IMG/VR virus record: IMGVR_UViG_3300037961_005793
Span: 16,884-80,883 of that record
Length of the DNA stretch: 64,000 nt
DNA from: a virus
Strand: one strand, 5' to 3'
Made by a program: the position numbers and the translations under genes. The notes under the pieces are model-generated. The model worked only from the letters and a program-made list of their open reading frames with translations. It was not told the origin of the DNA and did no database searches. Positions 1 through 9,647 of the stretch are shown piece after piece. Positions within the stretch are counted from its first letter, which is position 1, and each line of letters opens with the position of its first letter.

Positions 1-175
1 TGTAGTCATCTAGTTTGTAACCAAATACTTGAGCTGGGTTACGTGTGATCTGGTTGATCGCAGCGTAAATAACCTCACGCTTTGAAGCGTCGGTCGTCGT
101 GGCGTTGAAAGTTACACCCTGCTGAGCCAGATAACTCTGGATCTGCTCTAGTTCGTTTTGGGTTAACTGCGCCAC
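1..175 (-). CDS. Hypothetical protein, truncated by window edge
   Basis: GTG at 175 opens a frame (VAQLTQNELEQIQSYLAQQG...) that runs off the window; not in ORF track. Confidence 0.6.
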   Translation of the reverse strand, partial: MAQLTQNELEQIQSYLAQQGVTFNATTTDASKREVIYAAINQITRNPAQVFGYKLDDY

Positions 176-197
176 GGTTTATAAAACATATATGTTT

Positions 198-668
198 TTA
201 TTCTACAAACACATCTCCAGTAGCAAAAACTTCATCCCAATCAATCCGCTTTACGGCTTTAAGTTGATCCAGTTTGGTGAATTTTTCACCTGGAAGACCT
301 TGTTTAAGGTCAATAATTTCTTTTGCAGTTTTAATACCAACGCCTGGAAGCACCTGAGTTAACCCCTCAGCAGTCAAGGTGTTGAGGTTGATCCGGTTGT
401 CAGTAGGGACCTGGGGTTTGACAACGACCTTCTTCTCAGACTTCGGTTGAGAAACTTTTCTGCGTCCACGGCGTGAAAGCCCTTGATTGACGCCCTCGTC
501 ATAACCTTTATCTTCTTCGGGAGGGTCGTTGACTTGATCTTTATGTGCAAAAAACACTTTCCCTGATGTGTCAGAGCGAACCATGTAGTACTCACCGTCG
601 TCATGAATTGACAGGACTGTGATTTTAATACCACTGGGTGTGTAGATTTTGCTGGTCATAACAATCAC
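198..668 (-). CDS. Helix-hairpin-helix (ComEA-like) DNA-binding protein
   Basis: C-terminal INLNT...LPGVGIKTAKEII HhH motif; likely start ATG 659. Confidence 0.75.
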   Translation of the reverse strand: MIVMTSKIYTPSGIKITVLSIHDDGEYYMVRSDTSGKVFFAHKDQVNDPPEEDKGYDEGVNQGLSRRGRRKVSQPKSEKKVVVKPQVPTDNRINLNTLTAEGLTQVLPGVGIKTAKEIIDLKQGLPGEKFTKLDQLKAVKRIDWDEVFATGDVFVE

Positions 669-726
669 TATACGAGCAGTAGCTTATATCAGGATGCATT
701 AAAATGGTGAGAGATTTTAAACTGTA

Positions 727-1215
727 ATGCCTGTTCAAGAATCTTTTGGATCTAGAACCAGGCGTTTAGCTGGAAAGGCTTTACCAGGGATACTCGATTC
801 CCTTGGACCCGCTGTAGAACTCTTTGCTAACCCAAGAGAACCTGACCCGAATCAAAGAGCTTTGAATTCATTGATCGTTGGCGGAGGTGATTTAGCGACA
901 TCTGTACTTACCGGCGGTCTCGACATTCCCGCTCAATTACTTCAAGCTTCAAGATTTTTATATAACGCAGCCGAACGAGACCCAGACTCAGCTTTGGGAA
1001 GGCTTCAAAGAGGAGCAGAAGTTTTTGATCCAGCTAATTATCTGAGATATGCCTCTCAGGCTATTGGTCAAGGGACATTTGACCCACAAGGTGAAGATGT
1101 TGAATATGCAAAAGAGGCTGTAAAAGATGGAATAAAAGCGTTAAACATGGATACACCAAAATATGTACCCATGGCACCTTCCATCGGGGGTCCGATGTTT
1201 ATGCCTCGTTTTTAA
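727..1215 (+). CDS. Hypothetical protein
   Basis: 162-aa ORF filling the gap between neighbouring genes. Confidence 0.6.
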   Translation: MPVQESFGSRTRRLAGKALPGILDSLGPAVELFANPREPDPNQRALNSLIVGGGDLATSVLTGGLDIPAQLLQASRFLYNAAERDPDSALGRLQRGAEVFDPANYLRYASQAIGQGTFDPQGEDVEYAKEAVKDGIKALNMDTPKYVPMAPSIGGPMFMPRF

Positions 1216-1502
1216 TTATCTTCGCCTGAGATACCTGCGTCCCACATGGGTCCGAAGCGTTGCTCTTTAACCTTCTCAAGATTCTCTAAAAATTTCATTC
1301 GCTTCTCCCAAGTGTCTCCTCCTTCAGAACCTTTCTGAGGGTTTATGCATTTGGGGTCGTTAGCCTTATTGCAAACTAAACCGGCTAAGTCTTTCTCGTT
1401 CCCTTTTGCCCCCGTGGCCCAGTAGTGCTGTCCGTTTAACCAACAAGCACCGCACTTTTCACACTCTTTTCTTTCAAGTGAAAGACTTGAAACCTCATCC
1501 AT
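1212..1502 (-). CDS. Cys-rich cyanophage-type hypothetical protein
   Basis: CxxC-WLNGQHYWATG...DLAGLVCN...CINP pattern recalled from cyanophage hypotheticals. Confidence 0.7.
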   Translation of the reverse strand: MDEVSSLSLERKECEKCGACWLNGQHYWATGAKGNEKDLAGLVCNKANDPKCINPQKGSEGGDTWEKRMKFLENLEKVKEQRFGPMWDAGISGEDN

Positions 1503-1576
1503 AGTGTTTAAAACTATGCCTGATGTAGGCTAGAACACCTATAAATATTTAACAGTGCTGATTATTAAATAAACAC

Positions 1577-1606
1577 AAAAAAAGACCCCTCCCGAAGGAG
1601 AGGTCT
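1577..1606 (-). terminator. Rho-independent terminator of capsid operon
   Basis: Minus strand AGACCTCTCC-TTCG-GGAGGGGTCT followed by a T-run. Confidence 0.85.
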
Positions 1607-1628
1607 GTTCTCGTCCGTCCTAAGAGTA

Positions 1629-2507
1629 TCAGGAAGGGGAGGTGCTGGTGTAGGTCGAAGACTCAACCAGACCGTCGGGTTGCAGAGCAACGTCCTGACG
1701 CTCGGGGGGTTCATCGGGGATGATCCAGCAGACTTCGCAGATTGCGAGAGCCTTGTCGTCACCAGACAGCTTGTTGGCTGCAGCGCGGGGATCATAGATA
1801 CCAGAGCCTTGAGCCAGACCGGAACCGGCAACGCCGCCCAGGTCGGTCGTGGTGAACAGCTTCCACTGAGTTTCAGAACCCAGAGCAGCCAGGCTGCTGG
1901 AGTCAATGATGTTGGTGGAAGCAGTGCTGCCGTTAGCGATAGCGCTGTTGGAGCCGGTGAGGGTGACACCGAACTGACCAGAAACGACAGTGCCGTCGTC
2001 TTTCAGACCTTCGCCCACAGCGGGAACGAGGGTCAGCTCAGGGGTGGCGTCAGTACCGGCAACACCGGAGCTAACGAGGTCACCGCCGCTGAGACGCAGG
2101 GATGCGCGATAGACGTAAGCAGTAGCCGGAACCTTGATGCCATCGGTGATGTCAGCCCGGACATCCTTATGGAAGTCGGGAGAAGGAACGATGACGTCAG
2201 CGTTCAGGAAAGGCTGCTCAGCGCTGTTCTGACCAGAGCCATAAGGCTTGGTGTAGTAGCTCATCTGGTTAGACGTGCCCAGAGCCTGGTAGCTCATGTC
2301 CACGTAACCAACGGCCTGTTGTGCGATCCAGCCAGGCTGGAAAACAACACCGACAGGGCCGCCGACGGGCTGGTTGGTCAGATTAGTATCGACGCCATTG
2401 GCGTTTTGATACTGAATCGTCTTTTCTTCGTGCCAGTAACGAAGAACGTTGGTGTAGTTGCCAGGATAGATCTTGGCAACGTGAAGCTGGTTAGAGTTGA
2501 TTGCCAT
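1629..2507 (-). CDS. Virion structural protein (capsid decoration or tube candidate)
   Basis: Directly after the capsid gene with SD GAGGAGG; G/S/T/A-rich; strong codon bias. Confidence 0.65.
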   Translation of the reverse strand: MAINSNQLHVAKIYPGNYTNVLRYWHEEKTIQYQNANGVDTNLTNQPVGGPVGVVFQPGWIAQQAVGYVDMSYQALGTSNQMSYYTKPYGSGQNSAEQPFLNADVIVPSPDFHKDVRADITDGIKVPATAYVYRASLRLSGGDLVSSGVAGTDATPELTLVPAVGEGLKDDGTVVSGQFGVTLTGSNSAIANGSTASTNIIDSSSLAALGSETQWKLFTTTDLGGVAGSGLAQGSGIYDPRAAANKLSGDDKALAICEVCWIIPDEPPERQDVALQPDGLVESSTYTSTSPS

Positions 2508-2521
2508 TGTTAGTTACCTCC

Positions 2522-3637
2522 TCAAGCGTCGAAAGAGTAACCAACGGTCACGAAGTCTGCGTTAAGCAGTTCGAAACCTGCATACAGCGACCAGATCATC
2601 TGAATGAAACGACTGAAATCGTCGTTGTTGTTCAGAAGCACCTGAGCGTTGTTGCCACCGATGCCGACGCCGACAGATTGCGGGCCGAAGAAGATACCGA
2701 TCGCAGCGTTGTAATCTGCGGCGGCACCAGCGATGGTAGCGTTTTGAGTCTGGGAAGGCATGTTGGTGGATTCGAAGAATCGCACGCCCTCGAAGACAAA
2801 TCCCGTAGGCATAATAGGCTCACCAGCCACGAAGCTGGCTTGGCCGAAGCCCTGACCCATGTAGATAGCAGCGTTAGGCTGCATAGCTGACATGAGGGGA
2901 TTGATTTGACCGTTACCGGGGTAGCGGGCCACCTCACGGAAGTCACTGTTCTGACGCAAGTGCATCAAGAAAGTGGGGTCACAAACGCAACGATAGAAGC
3001 CGTCCTGGTAGGTCGGGGTGTTGCGCTTACGCAGGGACTTGACCACACGGAGGAGGTCGTCCTTAACGTCAAATTTGGCTTGCTCAGCGTTGGTGTAGGT
3101 CAGAGCGCCGGTAGCCAGGTCGCCAGGGAAGTAGTAACCACCCTGTGAGTCAGAAGCCTGACCCTTGGAAACAGCTTTCAGGAGTTCGTTAATAAACACC
3201 CGATCTCGCCACCTTCTATAGTCGTCCAGCAGGGTCAGGCTGCCGATTGACTGGTGGAAGGTGGTCAGGTTGCCTGTATCGAGCAGCAGACGCTGCGCGG
3301 TGATCAGGGTTTCCCGAGCAATCTTGAAAGTAGAAGGCTGGGTGGGATCGTTCGGGTCTGCAGGTCCGGTGTACTCACGAAGAGTCACCAAAACTTTGTC
3401 TTTGACAATGTTCCGGCTGTTGGCCGTACCGATCGTCTGCTCAGCAGTCCGCTCGCGGGACTCCTTAGAGCCGGGGTTTCCGAAGAACCGGTAACGGTCA
3501 AGCTGAACCGTCTGACCAGGCTGTTTAGAGAAGTCATGGACAACGACGGGCTCAGCCGCCATTTCCACGATGTAAGCCGGGTGAGGCCGATATAACTCGG
3601 CACCGAGAATCTTCGGAAAATCATTATCGATGAACAT
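2522..3637 (-). CDS. Major capsid protein (HK97 fold, N4 gp56-like)
   Basis: 371 aa; PGQTVQLDRY, GFVFEGVRFFESTN and DDFSRFIQMIW motifs; strong codon bias; position in head module. Confidence 0.85.
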   Translation of the reverse strand: MFIDNDFPKILGAELYRPHPAYIVEMAAEPVVVHDFSKQPGQTVQLDRYRFFGNPGSKESRERTAEQTIGTANSRNIVKDKVLVTLREYTGPADPNDPTQPSTFKIARETLITAQRLLLDTGNLTTFHQSIGSLTLLDDYRRWRDRVFINELLKAVSKGQASDSQGGYYFPGDLATGALTYTNAEQAKFDVKDDLLRVVKSLRKRNTPTYQDGFYRCVCDPTFLMHLRQNSDFREVARYPGNGQINPLMSAMQPNAAIYMGQGFGQASFVAGEPIMPTGFVFEGVRFFESTNMPSQTQNATIAGAAADYNAAIGIFFGPQSVGVGIGGNNAQVLLNNNDDFSRFIQMIWSLYAGFELLNADFVTVGYSFDA

Positions 3638-3716
3638 CGATAAGTTCCGTAGAAACTACTTTGTAATCATAAAGGAGATTTGTAAAAGTCAGTATATAAG
3701 TGTTGCGTTTTTAGCG

Positions 3717-4925
3717 TTAAATACCTTTCTGATTCGAGCTATTGACGCTTGAGCTGAATGTTCGAACCATGCCTCGTACACCTTCTCCAAGAACACCATA
3801 AGCAGCACCGTAATTAGGAACGTATGTAGATGCTCTACCTCGGTACATTCCCCTGATTACGTCGTTCATTGTTCCTGGAACATTTGATCTCTCGGCTGAT
3901 GCAAAAGTCTGACAATATACCGGCGGCGCATACTCCCAGCTGGCTCTGCTTTGCCCTGATACGGCGGTGTTGTACAGCATCGGATAACCCCCACGGGGGT
4001 ACGTACCTGCGCCTCCTGTAGATCCGCCATTAAAAGCGTCCTGACCAAAAGGAGTATTAAAGGGGTCGTAACCCTGTGAGGAAGGGTGTGCTCCATTCCA
4101 ATACGTATAAGCTCCGATACTTTTCACTCCAGGAATCGGGCCAAACGCTGTTTGAACTGTCGCGTTCGCAGTGCTAATCATCGCCTGACGGCGATAACCG
4201 TTGTAAACCGTCAGTACACCAGAAGCGTGCTGCTCGTAGTTGTCATAATTAGTCCAATAACCGCTGATCGTCGGAGGAACAGCTCGCCATTCTGTGCTCT
4301 GGTAAATGGGTAAGTTATATGGAGGCGCATTAAACGAATAAACAGCCGATCCACCCATCCCTGAGTGAACAGTGCAATAAGGGTAAACAGCTCCTTGTTG
4401 CCCCTCAGGAACAACGATCTGTAAATACGCGCCTGGGTTACCTTGAACTCCAGAAGTCGTTACTCCGTTTGTAAATTCAACACCACTTGCCCAAATGCCG
4501 TAGTCAGTTTCACTTAAACGAAATGGATGACTGCTTGTGCTTGTATCTGATAAATCGAAAATGTACGTGCTTCCCTGAATCAGAGTAAGACTTTTTTGAG
4601 ACACACCGTCAATAGCAAACTTATTTCCACCGTCGCTTACAACTGTGACTTCTAAAGTTTTTGTTTCTGGGTAAGAAGTAGTTTCGATTCCTAAATCAGC
4701 GGGAAAAGCCTGAGGCGGTCCAGGAGTTACAACACCAAAATTTGCACCTGGTTCAGTCAACGCTACATAAGTCTGTTGTTCTCCGGATGCATAAACATAC
4801 CCACTCGAAGTCAAAACATAAGTGTCGGTAAGATCTAAATCGTTAGAAGTTCTTTGAGGACCGGACTGGATCTGATGGTAAATATTTTTGTCGTAACGCC
4901 AGTTTGTTAAAGCAGCGTAAGTCAT
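3717..4925 (-). CDS. Virion protein with cupredoxin-like domain
   Basis: LTLIQGSTYIFDLSD...HPFRLS...YCTVHSGMGG. Confidence 0.65.
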   Translation of the reverse strand: MTYAALTNWRYDKNIYHQIQSGPQRTSNDLDLTDTYVLTSSGYVYASGEQQTYVALTEPGANFGVVTPGPPQAFPADLGIETTSYPETKTLEVTVVSDGGNKFAIDGVSQKSLTLIQGSTYIFDLSDTSTSSHPFRLSETDYGIWASGVEFTNGVTTSGVQGNPGAYLQIVVPEGQQGAVYPYCTVHSGMGGSAVYSFNAPPYNLPIYQSTEWRAVPPTISGYWTNYDNYEQHASGVLTVYNGYRRQAMISTANATVQTAFGPIPGVKSIGAYTYWNGAHPSSQGYDPFNTPFGQDAFNGGSTGGAGTYPRGGYPMLYNTAVSGQSRASWEYAPPVYCQTFASAERSNVPGTMNDVIRGMYRGRASTYVPNYGAAYGVLGEGVRGMVRTFSSSVNSSNQKGI

Positions 4926-4986
4926 ACTGTTTAGTCATTTCTTTCACTCTAAATCGGTTTATCATTTATAAAGACAGAGAGGATGA

Positions 4987-5295
4987 ATGCTTGATAAGAT
5001 CCTCGACGTCATTGTGATTGACTGTGACATCGCAGGAGGATCTGTGGCAGGCTCCGTCAGCGAATCCATCGTTCACCCAAAAAAAGGTAAAGACATAGTT
5101 TTTCATTTTGCAAGAGCACTTTGCGTAGGTTGGGCTCTTGCTGTTTTTGTGTCTCCTGCAGTGTCAGAAAGATTCAAGCTAAGCAAATCCGAGTCGGTAG
5201 CAATCGCTTTTATCGGTGGTTACTGCGGTATAAGACTAATGAGCACTGCTGAAAAAGTTCTCCATAAAAAACTCTCTAAAGAAATTAAAGAGTAA
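4987..5295 (+). CDS. Small membrane protein, holin candidate
   Basis: Hydrophobic segments and a basic C-terminus. Confidence 0.5.
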   Translation: MLDKILDVIVIDCDIAGGSVAGSVSESIVHPKKGKDIVFHFARALCVGWALAVFVSPAVSERFKLSKSESVAIAFIGGYCGIRLMSTAEKVLHKKLSKEIKE

Positions 5296-5449
5296 TATTT
5301 TCATCAAACGACTCTGGTGCTTCCACGAGCTGCTGCTCTTCTACAGGTTCACGCACAGTTGCCCAAGCCGACTGCCTGACATGAGAAGATTTGCGTCGAC
5401 CATCGTGACGACGACCATCTCTACGACGTGGCTCTCTGCGACGGTTCAT
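5285..5449 (-). CDS. 54-aa protein with Arg-rich N-terminus and acidic C-terminus
   Basis: MNRRREPRRRDGRRHDGRRK...; read manually; TACACT upstream. Confidence 0.5.
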   Translation of the reverse strand: MNRRREPRRRDGRRHDGRRKSSHVRQSAWATVREPVEEQQLVEAPESFDENITL

Positions 5450-5476
5450 AACTAAGGTCTTTTCCTAAGTGTAGGC

Positions 5477-5514
5477 AAAAAAAGACCCTGTCAGATGGCG
5501 TGACTGACAGGGTT
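5477..5514 (-). terminator. Rho-independent terminator
   Basis: ACCCTGTCAG/CTGACAGGGT stem plus minus-strand T-run. Confidence 0.8.
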
Positions 5515-5538
5515 GGTTCTCTTCCTTTTTAAAGGTAA

Positions 5539-6453
5539 TCAGGAAGGTTCCATGAACAGGAGTTTGCTCCGTAAAGCTTCAGGTTGCATCTGGCTCAGGA
5601 CGCGCCAAGCGTTCTCAGGAGAACGGCTCATCACTTCACCAAACTGCTCCCAGGACTGACCATTGGGAACGCCGCCTTGACCAGCTGCGCCTACAGGAGG
5701 AGCAGGCATGTCGTACTGCTGTTGGTAAGCAGCAGCGTTGGGGTCGTACTCCATCTCGTAGTCATCCCCGATATCAACAGGGACCACTTCGGTAAAGTAA
5801 CGATCGGTGTAGTCGGCCAGGTGGTCGGGATCTGTCAGGATCTCTTCCATACTGGCGGCGACGTCGAGCACCGTGTCGGTCTTCTGAGCTTGCTCAACGA
5901 GCATGTCCTCGAGGGCACACGCGTAAGCATTCAAAATTCCAGGGGCCTCGATTCCGAAGTTACGAACGACCTCGGCGCTTGCCTCGCTTAGGCTCTGGTC
6001 CGTAGAATCCTGATAAGAAATCGGGGTCTGTGAGACGCTGGTAGGCGAGGTCTGCTGAACCGGCTGCTGGTAAGCCCAAGGCTGGACCTGCGAAGGCTGA
6101 CTGATCTGTGTTGTAGCCTGCTGTGGTGCCTGGGTCTGATACTGTGCTGCCTGGCTGAGGGATGGTGACTGGGAGGTTAGCACCCGCTCCAGGGAACCCA
6201 TCGCTGCTTCCCAAGGGTTGCTCGGGGAGGAGTTGTACGTTGACGGGTTGTACTGGGGATTGATAGAAGGATCCGAAGCCGGTGCCACCTGGGACGGCGG
6301 TTGGGCTGTAGGAACCGAAGCTACCGCCGGGGTAGCTCCTTGGACCACCCACTGCTGCGGAGAGACGGTTGTCGAGCCCTGGTCGCTGATTACCGCCGGG
6401 GCTGCCGCCGGGGAGACCGGGCTCGGGGTTGAAGCTTGGATCTGCTGGCTCAT
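5539..6453 (-). CDS. Putative capsid scaffolding protein
   Basis: Q/P/S-rich N-terminus, acidic helical C-terminus; lies between portal and capsid genes. Confidence 0.55.
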   Translation of the reverse strand: MSQQIQASTPSPVSPAAAPAVISDQGSTTVSPQQWVVQGATPAVASVPTAQPPSQVAPASDPSINPQYNPSTYNSSPSNPWEAAMGSLERVLTSQSPSLSQAAQYQTQAPQQATTQISQPSQVQPWAYQQPVQQTSPTSVSQTPISYQDSTDQSLSEASAEVVRNFGIEAPGILNAYACALEDMLVEQAQKTDTVLDVAASMEEILTDPDHLADYTDRYFTEVVPVDIGDDYEMEYDPNAAAYQQQYDMPAPPVGAAGQGGVPNGQSWEQFGEVMSRSPENAWRVLSQMQPEALRSKLLFMEPS

Positions 6454-8179
6454 AGCTACCCGAGTAAGTTAGTTCTTCCGCAAGGTGATCGAATGTCCTG
6501 TAAAGGAGCGGAGTGATATTCAGTCTAGGATCAGCCGCTAAAGGTTGATCAGGCGCAAGAGGATGCGGAGACTGCAACATCTGGTTTAATAATACCAGGA
6601 ACTGCTGCATTGACGACTGAACTTGTCCGACCATTCTGAAAGGAAATCCTTTCAACATTTCGGCACGTTCAGACTCATTTTTATCAGGGAAAAGGTATTT
6701 AAGAGCTTCTACACTCTCAACACCCAATTCCTGCATGTTGCGGACGACCATTGACTTTTGTAGGACGTCATAAGCAGTGTCTTCGTAGACATCACCCTGG
6801 TATCTGTAGCTGACATTACGGTCACCATCTTCTGGTAAACCAATAACACCACGAGGCACTTTATTTTCAGTAAGTGCCTTCTTCATCTCTTGATTCAGCT
6901 TGGTTTCGAATCGAATCTGGGCCTTGCGGAACCTTTCAACCGATTCTTCAGTAACTTCTTGAGGTTCTTTAGGTTCTTTTAAGTTAAGAGCCGCGATAAA
7001 TGACTCACGGAAAACTGTTTCTTGGTGATAAAGCATCATCTCCAAGAGAGAACAGAAACCGTAGGTCAAAAAGCTCTTATTCTTCCTTGTAGCAGTCGCT
7101 TGAGCGCGACCCATCAAGCCTTTGATCTCCGTAGCAGTAGCGCCTGCCGAAATAGAGATTTCATCGACTCCGCCGAGCGCTGTACGAATTTCTTCGCGTA
7201 AAAGAAGCGCGTAACGGTTCATATCACCACTGATCGGGTCCGGAGTCATGTAACCGACTCGATCAGAAGGCTCAACGTTGGCAATAATGCGTGGAACACG
7301 CAGACCACCACCCATAGCAGAGCCAAAAGGCTCCGCAACCCGTGTTGAAGGCGTATTTTGACCCGCAAAACCAGACTGAGAGCTGATTGTGGGTCTAAAA
7401 GTGCTTCCAGAGTCCGAAGCTTCGACTAAATCGGAGCGCGGACGGCTTGAAATCAGAGTTGGGTTACCAAAAAACTCAATATTTTTCGAAATATTCTTAA
7501 TCATTTGGTCATGAAGCACAATCTGCTCCATGAAGGGGTCAAAATCACCCTCTCCTTCTGTACCACTGGCGTTGGGCTTGTTTAAAACCTCAACAGCAGG
7601 GACAAATCCAAGTTGATTAGGTCTTTTTCGATCTGCAGTAAGCACTCCACCAGGCTCAAGCTCAAAACTAAGCTCAGTGTCGGACTCGTTTTCAGTAATC
7701 TCATTAGCGGTGATGCTTAGACGAACGTAACGTTTGTTCTGACCGTAAACATCACTGGGTAGACCCAAGTTATTGTTCTTTACCTTGTAATCGTAAAGAA
7801 TAACAACTTCGTCAATTTGACCATTAGCATCGTGATACACACGATATTGTTTCTTGTTGAAGAAATAAATCTGATACTTTAGTTTTGGATCTGGGCGAAA
7901 GTAAAAAAGACCGCACCCATCAATCAAAAAGTTTCTAATAATTGCAGGGAATCTTATATCAAGACGGTTTAACTCAATAACGTCGTGGATAAACTTGGTT
8001 CTGCTTTTATAAGTATCTTGATCACAATAAAAAGACAGACCCTTCTTGATCATCAAGAGGGTCATTTGTTGAAGGTGGCTTAAGACCACCATCGTGGCAG
8101 CTTGATTCGAACGATCTTGAGTTCGAGCGGCCTCAAGAATCTCTTCAAACTGATTACGGACGTCAACAGAGGCTGTCAT
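5960..8179 (-). CDS. Portal protein
   Basis: 739 aa; NQLGFVPAVEVLN and GEGDFDP motifs; position between terL and capsid gene. Confidence 0.75.
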   Translation of the reverse strand: MTASVDVRNQFEEILEAARTQDRSNQAATMVVLSHLQQMTLLMIKKGLSFYCDQDTYKSRTKFIHDVIELNRLDIRFPAIIRNFLIDGCGLFYFRPDPKLKYQIYFFNKKQYRVYHDANGQIDEVVILYDYKVKNNNLGLPSDVYGQNKRYVRLSITANEITENESDTELSFELEPGGVLTADRKRPNQLGFVPAVEVLNKPNASGTEGEGDFDPFMEQIVLHDQMIKNISKNIEFFGNPTLISSRPRSDLVEASDSGSTFRPTISSQSGFAGQNTPSTRVAEPFGSAMGGGLRVPRIIANVEPSDRVGYMTPDPISGDMNRYALLLREEIRTALGGVDEISISAGATATEIKGLMGRAQATATRKNKSFLTYGFCSLLEMMLYHQETVFRESFIAALNLKEPKEPQEVTEESVERFRKAQIRFETKLNQEMKKALTENKVPRGVIGLPEDGDRNVSYRYQGDVYEDTAYDVLQKSMVVRNMQELGVESVEALKYLFPDKNESERAEMLKGFPFRMVGQVQSSMQQFLVLLNQMLQSPHPLAPDQPLAADPRLNITPLLYRTFDHLAEELTYSGSYEPADPSFNPEPGLPGGSPGGNQRPGLDNRLSAAVGGPRSYPGGSFGSYSPTAVPGGTGFGSFYQSPVQPVNVQLLPEQPLGSSDGFPGAGANLPVTIPQPGSTVSDPGTTAGYNTDQSAFAGPALGLPAAGSADLAYQRLTDPDFLSGFYGPEPKRGKRRGRS

Positions 8180-8185
8180 TATTTA

Positions 8186-9007
8186 TTAGACCTCTTGACC
8201 GTCAGGTAAGAGGTAGTTCCGTACTCGCTCTATTCTAAGGGCTGCCTCTGGAAGTTTTGAAACTGGATAAGACGTAATTAAGTGATCCTCACGTCCTAGC
8301 ATGTCTGTGTTACCTTCTTTTGGCACAAAATCATCACATAGTTTCTGAACTTCTGGTTTATCCCAAATGTAATACTCCGCGATATTACGAAGCTTTGTTT
8401 TACGACGATCGCTGTCGCCCATCCAGCTCAAGTGCCAACCTGCATCTCGGTCGCCTACATACCAGTTATTCGTAGTAGCCCTCAACGATGAAAGAGTTCC
8501 AAAATCTCTTAGTTGACCGACAGTCGCCGCAGTGCCGCACCGCCAATCGAACTTTTCTCCTTCAGGCGAGACGAGCTGGCGGTCGGCTCTTCCGTAATGC
8601 ATAGACATAGATAATCTGACAGTCTTATCACAGTGAGTATCAACTGCTTCCTTAATCTCCTTCAGTTTTTCTGGGTTTGCGATCTCATCACAGTCACTAC
8701 ATATGAAATAAGCGTCATCGGGCAACATGAATAAACCCACACTCAGAGCATCTCGCTGTCCTCGCTCTCGTACCCATGGGTCAGGAGCTTCTTCGTAAGA
8801 AGGTAGTTCTACGTGCAGAACTTGAATCTTTTCTTCAGGCAGACCCAGTTCCTTAATGGTTTCTACGCAAGTGAATTCTTTAGGATCACCTCTGTGTGTG
8901 CGGTTTGCGTCTGTAATTAAAAAACCATCTACATGGTCTTTAAGGGTTTCTACGCGAAGCTCAAGAATCTCTCTTTCGTTGAAGTAAGGAAAGCAATCGA
9001 TCAGCAC
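8186..9007 (-). CDS. Glycosyltransferase family 17-like
   Basis: IDCFPYFNE-LELR, E-QRD, SDCDEI and GWHLSWMG motifs. Confidence 0.85.
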   Translation of the reverse strand: MLIDCFPYFNEREILELRVETLKDHVDGFLITDANRTHRGDPKEFTCVETIKELGLPEEKIQVLHVELPSYEEAPDPWVRERGQRDALSVGLFMLPDDAYFICSDCDEIANPEKLKEIKEAVDTHCDKTVRLSMSMHYGRADRQLVSPEGEKFDWRCGTAATVGQLRDFGTLSSLRATTNNWYVGDRDAGWHLSWMGDSDRRKTKLRNIAEYYIWDKPEVQKLCDDFVPKEGNTDMLGREDHLITSYPVSKLPEAALRIERVRNYLLPDGQEV

Positions 9008-9037
9008 TGCGCCAAAGCTTAGTAGCAGTATGTTACC

Positions 9038-9343
9038 TCAATTTTGCTCTGCATCACCCATGGCAAAACGTTTTTTACTTCTTTCAAGAAGTAAGTTTTT
9101 CATATCTTCTGTGTCCTGATCTTCTGGAGGAATGGATTCTGTTTGAAATTGTGCAGCTCCGTCGTTAGTCGAAGGCATTTCCGGAGGTGTGGGACCACCC
9201 ACCTCTTGGTTAAAACTACTTTGTTCGTAAGACTCAAAGTCTTCAGTTACAGGTTGCTCTTGTGCTCTCTGTTTATTTGCAGCACCGACCGCCTGGGCGT
9301 ACCTCTTGGCGAGAATATTACCGAACTCTTGAAAATCGCTCAT
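9038..9343 (-). CDS. Acidic hypothetical protein
   Basis: Stop/start-coupled ORF. Confidence 0.6.
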   Translation of the reverse strand: MSDFQEFGNILAKRYAQAVGAANKQRAQEQPVTEDFESYEQSSFNQEVGGPTPPEMPSTNDGAAQFQTESIPPEDQDTEDMKNLLLERSKKRFAMGDAEQN

Positions 9344-9630
9344 TAGTAAAGAACGACAACGCCGTTAACAGATCCGCCACTTAATGTTACGGCACCCCAC
9401 TCCAGCTGCATGTCACCAGCAACATTTTCTACGTGGAGGTACTCGTTAACAGCCATGTCGTTTAAGCGAACATAAAAGTCATCAGTTCCGGGGGTGCTTT
9501 TTGATTCAACAAAAAGTGCCCTACAAGTACCAAAAGTCGTCTCACCGTCAGCAGGCGTCCAAACAAACCCACTACACATCGGCAGTCGAGAAGTCTGTCC
9601 GTATACCGTCCCAAAAGCGCGGATGTCCAT
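9343..9630 (-). CDS. Small beta-rich protein, possibly structural
   Basis: 95 aa with beta-strand pattern (CRALFVE...VVVLY). Confidence 0.6.
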   Translation of the reverse strand: MDIRAFGTVYGQTSRLPMCSGFVWTPADGETTFGTCRALFVESKSTPGTDDFYVRLNDMAVNEYLHVENVAGDMQLEWGAVTLSGGSVNGVVVLY

Positions 9631-9647
9631 GAAGGATTATTTTTTTA

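Noticed and set aside
1680-3595. Long plus-strand ORFs (277, 129, 113 aa) antisense to the capsid genes
   Set aside because: Typical shadow frames of strongly codon-biased genes; no motifs or expression signals
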